The notes beneath the pieces are model-generated. The model had not been told where the DNA came from. It saw only the letters and a list, made by a program, of their open reading frames with translations, and did not search any database. Both the position numbers and the translations under genes were made by a program. This document shows positions 1 through 9,917 of a stretch of DNA of 64,000 bases, one piece after another. Source of the stretch: Schmidtea nova (taxonomy: Eukaryota); contig CM097882.1 in NCBI GenBank assembly GCA_044892505.1, forward strand, positions 556,946,001 through 557,010,000, written 5' to 3'. Each line of letters starts with the position of its first letter. Positions within the stretch are counted from its first letter, which is position 1.

Positions 1-94
1 GAAATCAAGCATATTACGAGCCTATTTCGATAGATTCCAAAAATAGGTTTGCTTTTTTTCTAGTAACTACATCAATATTTTTTGCGTGGTCGCC

Positions 95-195
95 AGTTAT
101 GAGTATTTCTACTACTGACATAAAAAGATAAATAAGACAATTTACTTATAAATTCAAAATCTCTTTCGAAACGATCAATATTAAAACAATTCACT
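95..195 (-). mobile_element. Putative 5' LTR (101 bp, AGTGAA...ATAACT) of a second gypsy family; PBS at 84-95 and gag-like start running off the window edge
   Basis: GCGTGGTCGCCAGT (84-97) is identical to the PBS/LTR junction at 6282-6295. Termini mirror AGTGAC...GTTACT of the 1823-6396 element. In-frame ORF 14-121 reads MSVVEILITGDHAKNIDVVTRKKANLFLESIEIGS. Confidence 0.7.
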
Positions 196-1822
196 AATTT
201 AAATTGTTAAATTATCATATAATATCTGTTAGGTGCAATTAAATTTCAGTCTTCCATAATAATTTATTCAATAAAAGACAATTATTTCAAAGTTCTCAAA
301 TTTTTATCTGAATATTGAAACAACTGATGCAATTGTGATTCTAATATTAATGAGAATATTGGACATTGAAACTCTGTATTTGTTTTTCATTAGGCATATT
401 TAAGGAGCATGAGTCCAATTTGAAAATTCAATAAGACTGGTTAGCATAATTTTATGACACTAGAAAAACTTTTGCAATAAGCTGTATTAATTTATTTGAA
501 TATTAATTTGATCAGCAACATTCAAAATAAGACTAAATGATATTTTTTCCACAATTTTGTAATCAATGATTTTTGCAATAACTAACATGGGAAAATAATT
601 TATTTAATTATTAACAGATCATAATTTATAATAGCATTTTTCTATATTGAGAGAATAAAGATAATATTAAAGAAACATCGTATCAAATTAGTATTTATGG
701 ATATTTATAAAACGGAAACGAAAATAAATGATATATTACTGTAAATTATGAACGATTATTGAATTAAATATTGTATACAAGATGAGATAAATTATTTATA
801 ATAAAAATTATTAAGGAAAAATCCATATTAAATCAATAACTAGCGTTGTAAAAAGGAGACTTTTAGAATTCATTGATATAATGCTGGAAATTTATGTCTC
901 AAATGGGCAATTTATCATCAATTAAATATAAATCTGAAAGAATTATGATTGGCGTTTTAATTATATTAATTATGTGATTTTTCCAAATCATTTTCACAAT
1001 TATTTTATTTCATTGATATTTTGATTTTTTAAAAATTGAAAAATAAATAAATTATTGTGCCCCATTAATGTTATAAATTTTCCCGTGCCCCTATAGAATT
1101 TTTTACTGATTTTCGATAAAGTTAATTTCTAAATAAATTTTGTTAGATGTATTTATTATTGATTAAATTTTTAAAATATCATAGAGAAAATTTCGAATTT
1201 AATGAAATTAAATAATGCAGCTTGAATATATTTTTCGATCATATTACCTTTATTATGAATTTAATAAAATACAAGGTAAAAAATGTTTTTGTCAACAAAT
1301 AAGGAAAATTAGTTTTTGTAGTAAATCATTAAGTCAATTTTTTTCACGAAATATTTCTGTTTCAAGAGGTCAGTACAAATTATAAGTTGGTTTTCCGCAC
1401 AAAAGATTTAAATTATAAAACATATAATTTTTATATTATTTATATTATAATATTTCAAGTAAATCTTAATAATAAATGATTTTCAAATTTTTTGAGACAT
1501 ACGAATTAAAAAATTCCAACATCCATCATTTATACTGTAGTATATATGTTACCTTGAAAGGCCGAGATCTGGCTAATGTCGAGCTGTTTAATAGTATATT
1601 CGGTTTTTCATCGACATATTATGTTTTTGTCGACATTTCCCGGTTTATGTTGAAACTCACTGATTTCGATCTTTCACGGTAACATATCTTTTAAATTTTT
1701 TAAATATATTTTAAATTTTAAAAACAATTTCTATATAAATACAATAACTTTTAAATAATAAATTATTAAATTTTAAAATAATTTCGATTTAAAACTTAAA
1801 ATTTTTTTATTTTTTTCCTCAC

Positions 1823-1926
1823 AGTAACATTTCCATTATTAGTCATAATATAAGACGTTATTTCCAAAATTATATTCTATTTAAAACTGTAATATTTAAA
1901 CAAATATTAATCTAAATATCGTCACT
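1823..1926 (-). repeat. 3' LTR, 104 bp
   Basis: Base-for-base identical to 6293-6396 and immediately follows the PPT. Confidence 0.95.
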
Positions 1927-1936
1927 CTCCCCTTCT

Positions 1937-4900
1937 TTAAGAACTGTGATACTCTTTCAGCCATTCAATTCTTCTGCATCTTTTCCCACTTGGATATTCT
2001 AGTTCAACTTGGTGTTTCGTTGGGAAACCAAGAATCTTTACAGGACCTTCGAACAAATTACCATGCTTTGATCTCTTATGGGGATCCATTTTTACTAGAA
2101 CTCTCTGACCAACCTCAAAATGCCGATGAATTTTCTTATCTGCATCTCTTGATCTCATTTTATCTGCCGCTACCTTAATATTATTCTGTGCTGTCAATAA
2201 TACTTGTTCTCGATTAAGATCTATAAATGAATTCTTTCCATGTATATTAACCTTTCTTCCAAATAGTATTTCCATTGGCGAAAATCCCGTAGAACTCTGT
2301 GTTGTTGAGTTCAGGGAATATTCAATTTTTGGCATGATGTCATCCCAACACCCTCCAGTTTGCCCATCATTCAGAAATGTCACGATCATATCACGAACCG
2401 TTCGTATTACCCGTTCTGCTAAACCATTAGACTTATGATCATATGGTGAGGTAAATATCCATTCGATGTTAAAATTATCCATTAACCCTTTGATTTGACT
2501 TCCTTCGAAAACTTTACCTCTATCCGAAACAATGTAAGCTGGTTTACCGAATTTGTATATCCAATTGTGTAAAAGTACCCGATATATTGTCTTTTCATCT
2601 TGGTTCTGAGTAGGCGTTAAACTAACCATCTTGCTGAACTGATCAATTATTACTACCAAATAACGGTTACGGTTTCTGGTTTCTTTCATATGAGCAATAT
2701 CGATTACGATTTGTTCCATCGAACTCATTATTACCCTAGGAATTAAATACTCAGCTGTTTTACTTGTCAACACTTTCCTTCTCATGCATACATCACATTT
2801 TTTTATAATATCTCGTATATCGGTTACCATGTGTATCCAAAAGAAATAATCGTTCATATAATTTCTTGTTTTCTTAACTCCTAAATGACAGAGTTCTTTG
2901 TGCATATGCTGTACGACTTGTGACACCATTTTCTGCGGAATTATTATCTTCTGCTTATCATCATTTACTATTAATAACAGATTGTCTTTTACAAATATCT
3001 GATCCAGTCTTTTGGAATAAGGTGAATCCCGAATCAAGTGAGGTATCTCGGGACTCGGGTTTAGTACATATTTCTTTATTGTAGACAGCAAATTATCTGT
3101 TTCCTGATTCTCAATATATACCTGCATATTTAAATTACTTGAAGTAATCACGTTCAAAAATCTTATTCGGCTCTTCTCAAGTTTTCCTTCTTCGTGTTCG
3201 GTTTGACATTGTGAGCAATAACTTAGTAATATCCTCGATAGTCCATCAGCGTTACTATGATTTTCACCTTTCCTATATTTTAAATCAAAATCATAACCTG
3301 ACAACTCACTCAACCATGTTTGGAATTGTGGACTTATTGGTTTCGAAGTTGACTTTAAGAACTTTAAAGCCTTGTGATCCGTACGTATATCAAACTTTTT
3401 TCCATATAAATAATGCCGAAAATATAAGACGTACTCGTATATTTGCTAATAATTCTTTTCTAGACACACAGTATCCTTTCTCATGAGCACTTAAAAGTCT
3501 TGAACCATATGCTATGACTTTTTCACAACCATTTTGAACTTGGCTCAGAACAGCACCAATTCCGCTAAAACACGCATCAGTATCCAAAATAAAGTAATCG
3601 ACCTTATTTGGAAACGCCAATATTGGTGCACTCGATAGTGCATGCTTAAGTTTTTGGAAACTTTCCTCACACTCGTCATTCCATTTAATATCTTTTTCAT
3701 GTCCCTTTGTAGCTTCATATAACGGTTTGGCTATTTCAGCAAAATTTGGAACAAATTTGCGATAATAATTTGCTAATCCCAAAAATGAACGTAGTTGTTT
3801 ACTGCATTTCGGTATTTCAACCTCAATAATTCTTTTTATCATCTTGTTATTCGTGGATATACCTTCTGCTGAAATTTTATGCCCCAAGAATATCAATTCA
3901 CTTTTATAAAAACTACATTTCTTAGGATTGATCCTTAACCCCGCTAATTTAATTCGCTTGAAAACTTCCTCCAAATTTCTATTGTGTTCTTCGATAGTTT
4001 TTCCATATATCAGAACATCATCTAAATATGCTGCAACACCGTTATACAAAATATCATCAAATAATATGTGCATAAGTCTTTGGAAAGTTGCTGGAGCTGT
4101 GGATAATCCAAATGGCATTCGATTGTAGCAAAACTGTCCCTTCTTTGTAGAAAACGCTGTTTTTAACTGAGACGCCTCATCAACATATACCTGATAATAT
4201 GCCTGCCCCAAGTCTAGAGATGAAAAAACTGAAGATCCCGACAAAGAATCGAATATTGTTTGGGAGTCCGCCATTGGAAAACTGAATTTTTCAGTAACTT
4301 CATTGACTTTCCTAAAGTCTTGACACATTCTGATTGATCCATCTTTTTTACCTACCACGACCGTAGGTGAGTTCCATGGGCTTTGGCATTTCCTGATAAT
4401 GCCCATTTTTAATAATTTCATAATCATATCGTCCACTTTTGATTCCATTTGCATTGCCATGCGCCTGTGATTTTGAATTATTGGATTTCCCGACGTTTTT
4501 ATAGTATGAGTAACTAAACTAGTACAACCTAAATCAAAATCCGATGCCATGAAGATCGAACTATACATGGTTACTAACTCCACCAGTTTTGGATTTGGAT
4601 TTGGTCCAAAAACATCCAGCGCTTTTTGACATCGTTCTTTATCACTGTAGCTAACACCAACCGTATCTGAATCGATTAATGCAATTGATGTATCTGGCAC
4701 CAGTTTTATTTTAAAAGCTAAAATCAAATTCATTCCACCCACAAAACTTGGACTTATATCTCTAACCACAATTACCTTTACTTTCTGACACGATTCATTC
4801 CAAACAATTGAAGTCATAAAATCACCTAAGCATGATATCGGTTTATTTCCAAACGCACCTCTGAGCGCAATATCCAACGGTTTTAAAACTGGACTGCCAC

Positions 4901-5108
4901 ACTTTCTCCATATGGCCTCTGACATTACCGTAACCGATGCACCTGTATCCCACAACATCTCAGTCACTTTTCCACAACATTGAACAAAACTCCACCACCT
5001 TCCATCCGTCTTCTTGAACATCATAACATTTCGGTTTTCTGTGTTCTTCACATTTAATTCAACGACTCCACAGACGAAATGTTTGCCATGGAGCGTATCT
5101 CGTTTAAA
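1937..5108 (-). CDS. pol: Pol (protease, RT, RNase H, integrase), with a 1-nt insertion at about 3442-3444
   Basis: WDTGAS protease; MPFGL and YLDD RT; DTDAC RNase H; HHCC and DDE integrase. Removing one A restores KELLAIYEYVLYFRHYLYGKKFDIRTDHKAL and joins ORFs 3390-5051 and 1937-3313. Confidence 0.93.
5025..5108 (-). promoter_or_regulatory. -1 programmed ribosomal frameshift signal: slippery T_TTA_AAC plus H-type pseudoknot
   Basis: The heptamer is in gag phase, just after the last stop in the -1 frame. 7-nt spacer; S1 GCTCCATGG/CTGTGGAGT; S2 AACATTTCG/CGAAATGTT. Confidence 0.85.
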
Positions 5109-6316
5109 GGACGTTCTTTGTTAGTTCTTCTATGACCTCCTGTAATCGATCCTATTTCATTTACTTCAGATTCTGACGTGCCATCATTCTCAAGGTCTTC
5201 ATACGAATAAGTCAGATTTCCTAAATCATTCTCTTCTTGAATACAGTGGATTTTTCTTGTATTATTACTTCTTAATAGAGGGCAATTATTAAAAAAATGA
5301 TCATTTTTACCACATATTAAACAACATTTGCTTAAAGGACAACTGTTCCGAATATGACCTGATTCGCCACAACAATAACATTGACAGGGTTGTAAGGGTC
5401 GCAATTCTGGTTCCGGAAACCCTTCCGCTTTGTTGTAAACTCGTCTTGCAATATGTTTCATAGAAACCATAGGCCTATTGGGTCTCTCATTAACCAATAA
5501 ACTTTCTGAATTTCGCTTTCTTTCAGTGAAATGTGGTCTATTGCCATTTTTGTCGTAATTTCTTTTATTACTGACATACCGATTAGTCTCTGGAACTGAT
5601 GGTCTAATCACTGGGTGAACATTCTGCCTTACTGGGATTTTATTTCTTGTTACAGATGCATATGACGATTGTTTCCTATTATCTGCCAGTGCAAATATCT
5701 CTCTGGTGTCTTCTGTATGTAAATTATTTTCAAAGTTTACATTCATTTTCTCTATTTCTGTGAGAGATACTTCTGGGTTCATTGCAATTGCATCCTTAAC
5801 TTTTTCTGAATACATACGTTTTGTAACAATATCCTTGACAATCATGTCTTCCGTTTGATTTGCGGAAAGAACTTCACGGACTAATTTCCTCACTCTGATT
5901 ATAAAATTTTCAAACCTTTCGTCCGATCTCTGCTTTATCAGACTCATGTCTTCGATATTTTGTAAAAAACTTTTGGATTTTACATATTTTAAAATAAACC
6001 AACCTTTTACTTCTTGATCTGAAGCCGGAGTCTTAAGTGTCTCCTTAAAGGCCATCCATAATTCTTTTGCATCTCCGTGTAATAATTAATCGAATGCTGC
6101 TCCTAAATTGAGCGAATTTATCGTCACAAATTCTTCAATAGATTCAAGCCAGTCCTTTGCATTTTCTTCTTTTCCTCCAAAAAACTTTTTTATCACTGGG
6201 TAAATCGATTCTTGAAGATTTTTTGGCAAAGATTCTACAATTTTCTGCCTTTGTTGTGATCTTGTAATAGCTGCGATTTCGGCGTGGTCGCCAGTAACAT
6301 TTCCATTATTAGTCAT
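5054..6316 (-). CDS. gag: Gag with two zinc-knuckle motifs, interrupted by an in-frame TAA at 6088-6086
   Basis: ORFs 6086-6337 and 5054-6055 are in the same frame. Motifs FFGGKEENAKDWL, CYCCGESGHIRNSC and CLICGKNDHFFNNC. The only true ATG upstream of the body is at 6316 (6337 is TTG). Confidence 0.9.
6283..6293 (-). promoter_or_regulatory. Primer-binding site TGGCGACCACG (compatible with a tRNA-Arg(UCG)-type 3' end)
   Basis: TGG-initiated sequence abutting the 5' LTR. The tRNA assignment is from recall of ...CGUGGUCGCCA ends and has not been checked. Confidence 0.75.
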
Positions 6317-6396
6317 AATATAAGACGTTATTTCCAAAATTATATTCTATTTAAAACTGTAATATTTAAACAAATATTAATCTAAATATCGTCACT
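6293..6396 (-). repeat. 5' LTR, 104 bp
   Basis: Identical to 1823-1926; its last T is the first base of the PBS TGG. Confidence 0.95.
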
Positions 6397-6989
6397 CTCA
6401 CAATTTAAATTTGTTGATTTTATTTGTTAAAGTAGTTTCCAAAAGAAATAATAAATCCCGTTAAAAATGTATTGTGATTTTTACAATCATGATACAAAGG
6501 TTAAATTTCTGGTTAAATTCGTTAACTCTTTCAATCCTTTTAGTAAGTGAATATATTTATAGGTAAACGATAAAAATCTGTGGCTATAACTCAAAACAAC
6601 TGATTAATCCCATCCCAGTACATTATTAACAAAAAAATTACAAATTTATCTCATAATATTGAAAGAGTTAATGAGAGATTATCTATATTTTATCAAATAG
6701 AGGAACCATAGGATTCGGATGGGTACCTAATCAAATTTTTGACAAATAAGAATTCACTTAAAAATTGTTTTGTAGACATTGACAGACTGACTAATTCAAA
6801 GAAAGATCAGAATTGATCCCCGAAAATCAGATTTCATTGTGAAAGCTGAAAATAAAAATGAACTTAAAATTTCATTACACATTGACAAGATTTATTAACA
6901 AGCAAATGAAGTTGAATAATTTGGTTTAGTTGCTCGCGAAAAATTGAATTAAAAGGATAAAATATGAAGTGTTGAAAAAAACTTGTTGA

Positions 6990-7360
6990 GTATTTGGAAA
7001 ATGTTAAATTCTCCGAGGAATTTAAATATAATCTATTTGACTCGAATGGTAGAACAATTGAATGGAAAATGGCACATACCGATTTTTTGTCCAAATTTCA
7101 CAGATCCAATGATCAAGTAATACAGCTTGAAATATTTTGTGCATTTTGGATAGCATCATGGATAAATATTATTATTGAGATATTATTGAATAAAATATGC
7201 CAGTGTCAATAAAACTACTTAAACTAGATAAACGCTGCAAATCTATACCTGCTAATTTGACATAAAAAAACTTATAAATACTGGCTTAAACAAAGACATT
7301 AACATATTTCTTGGATTTAAATCTTATTGAACATTTATGGGACAAATTGAAATGGCAGAT
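6990..7360 (+). pseudogene. Highly decayed Tc1-like transposase remnant
   Basis: ENVKFSEEFKYNLFDSNGR resembles the xFSDESKFNLFGSDG motif; later DLNLIEHLWD resembles SPDLNPIEHLW. Confidence 0.6.
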
Positions 7361-7645
7361 ATAAGACTATCAGCCAAAAGTAGACAGTAAATTAAATTGA
7401 TGCTGATTCAAGATTCAATTGCCTGTACAAGAGAAACTTGTCAACCGCAATTCCTAATTATTTATATTAATACAATAAATGAAAAATTACAAAGAAATAC
7501 TAAATGTGGTTGAATTTATAAGTTAAAATAATTTTTTATGTTATCATAACAAATAATTGTTCACTTATCAAAAATAAAATGTTTTTGCTTAATTTTTAAC
7601 TAAAAGCAAAAACTTTCAAAAAGTGTCATACTTAATAAGTTTAAC

Positions 7646-7841
7646 GGTTGTACGACAATCCGCCAAATCATTAATAGGCTGGCGACAATCCGCCAAACGA
7701 CAATTCGCTAAATGACAATCCGCCAAATAGTACAAAGCGACAATCCACCAAAGCGACAATCCACCAAAGCGACAATCTGCCAAAAAGTCGATAAATTTTT
7801 GTTTTAACATACATACATACATATAAATAATAATAATAATC

Positions 7842-7931
<90 letters not shown>

Positions 7932-7997
7932 GCCAATTTTTTAGTGTTGGCGGATTGTCATTTGGCGGATTGTCATTTGGCGGATTGTCGGAATACG
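7646..7997. mobile_element. Foldback/MULE-like MITE with tandem GACAATCCGCCAAA subterminal repeats and a central (TAA)n tract
   Basis: About 7 motif copies on the left and 3 inverted copies on the right; 9-bp direct repeat AAGTTTAAC at 7637-7645 and 7998-8006. Confidence 0.75.
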
Positions 7998-9043
7998 AAG
8001 TTTAACAGTGAATGGCTATTTTGTTGAATAAAGAAAGAATCAAAAATTGATTAATTAAAATGCAATAACTGACACTCTTTATTATTTGTTACATTTAAAA
8101 AAATAAATTTACCCTCTGTGACACCTTGCGAGAAGTTACTTTACAAGAAAAAATGTAATAAAAATATGATTCAATAGCACTTCATAAACTTGCTGTTATA
8201 AAATAAGAAATAAAAATAATTATTTCAAGTGCTAGAATGCGTTTTCAACATTATATTTCTTAGTGGTTTTATTTATTTTAAATAGATAGAAGAAATGACA
8301 ATAAATTTCAAAAGCATTGTATGCAAAAAACATAATAAAAATTGTCAGAATTAAAATTTTAATAATTTCATAATTCTTGAAGAACAAGGATTAGAACATT
8401 TAATCACGTGTTTTACTAAAGAAATGAAATTCTCATTTTACTTTACACCCCTTAAATAAGGTTTTACTTTAAAGAATAATGCTCAAATATTAATCCGGAT
8501 TTATCAAAGGACAAATAAAAACTTGTCTAGCAATTCCTACAGAAAATTATTATTTTTACATATTCTCCATTTCCAAAAACAAGTATAGATTCCAATGAAA
8601 AGCAAAATAAATAAAAAATATCGGGCAAAAGATAAGTTTTGACAATGGCGTCAAACACAGAGATTGAATTTTGTTAATAAAATTTCGAGTGGTTTCGGAT
8701 ATAGTGAAAGAAAAGTCAACTAATTACCTAAGACGAGTTATTTTACATATTTTTGAATAAATGCATAAAAATACATAAAAGTGATGGATTAGTTTAATGT
8801 AATTTGTCACCCCATTTTCATGATTTTCAATTTGATTTAAATGGAGTTTTTTCATTTCCTTTAGTAAGATAAAAATACAGAAAAGTCTTTCTTTCTATCT
8901 CGTTCATTTATTTAACAAGAATAGATCAAATATAAGGCGATTAAAAATTCTAATTCCAATTTTCAATTTCATAACTTAAAAACTTTAACATAACAAATCA
9001 CACAAATTTTCTTTAAGAAAATATTATTAAAAATTGCCAACTA

Positions 9044-9174
9044 CACCTAATTCTATTTTAACACGATTTTCAATATTTTTTCAATATATTTTCAATACTA
9101 TTTTTCCATTCAGCCAATATCTTTTTTACACGAATTTTTAGGAACGTATCTATTGTGTAAAACAGAATTAGGTG
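9044..9174. mobile_element. Small TA-flanked MITE (Tc1/mariner type)
   Basis: TIR CACCTAATTCT...AGAATTAGGTG flanked by TA. The internal segment TTTTTACACGAATTTTTAGGA recurs near 25058. Confidence 0.6.
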
Positions 9175-9536
9175 TACTGCACAATTTATATTTAATCTTT
9201 ATTGTGAATATTAATTATATTATTTATTATAAATTTATTGGTAAAAAGTTTTATCAAAATTTTAACTAAATTTCAGTCACATTGATGCTTTGCCACTTCA
9301 AGATAACCGATATTATTACTTTATATTTCCCTTTGAATAAATAAATAAATTTCAATACCAATATTAATGTTTTAGGTCAGTTATTTGATAAATATTCTCA
9401 GCACATCAGTGCGAATAGACTGAATGTTTTTATTATTAGGAATTATTTAATAATATAATTAACAACGCCATCCAAAAATTAAATGATATTTCAGTAAATT
9501 TGATAAATGTTATCGTAATAATTTTCTGTAACTAAC

Positions 9537-9917
9537 TTTGTAGTTTTTATTGATATCTGTAAATTCCCACTGGCCATTTGGTACGCCCATCCGTTTGAAA
9601 CTCGAAGTTAATCGTTTATTGGATAAAATCCAACCAGTAGGTTGGGGAAATTGTTTAATTGTGTTAGAGGAAAAACATGGAAGTTTAGAATGTTGATCTA
9701 AAAATTGAAAATAAATTAAAGTTTGTGTAGACTGACTTATTGCATTCTTACCAACATTTGCAATAAGTTTTAAAAGCACCAGCCGAAGCTTATCGCTTCC
9801 ATTATTGTCTTCGATTACAAACCGATAGGTATGGAAATCTTTCAAAGATATAATGAGAACTTTCCCCATGCTGTTAACCGATGGAGAATCAATCGAGGAT
9901 ATTAAATGGATCAAAAT
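9537..9917 (-). CDS. MTMR6/7/8: Myotubularin-related protein 6/7/8 coding exon (381 bp, phase 0/0)
   Basis: TTTCAG acceptor and GTTAGT donor. Translation ILIHLISSI...SLKDFHTYRF...GW...FKRMGVPNGQWEFTDINKNYK matches the MTMR6-subfamily PH-GRAM and RMGVPN region. Confidence 0.9.

Larger units (their letters stand above)
1823..6396 (-). mobile_element. Full-length Ty3/gypsy LTR retrotransposon (gag-PR-RT-RH-IN), recently inserted but with two coding lesions
   Basis: Identical 104-bp LTRs (1823-1926, 6293-6396), TSD CTCAC (1818-1822, 6397-6401), PBS TGGCGACCACG, PPT AAAGAAGGGGAG (1938-1927), and gypsy domain order. Confidence 0.97.

Noticed and set aside
1990-4128. Short plus-strand ORFs inside the gypsy element (also 44215-45792 and 61388-62493 on the minus strand)
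   Set aside because: They are antisense shadow ORFs of pol with no independent motifs.
6086-6088. In-frame TAA in gag as evidence of a variant genetic code or readthrough
   Set aside because: TAA terminates gag, integrase and the CUB exon normally, so a point mutation or sequencing error is simpler.
7616-7936. 106-aa poly-Ile ORF
   Set aside because: It is a translation of the (TAA)n microsatellite inside a MITE.
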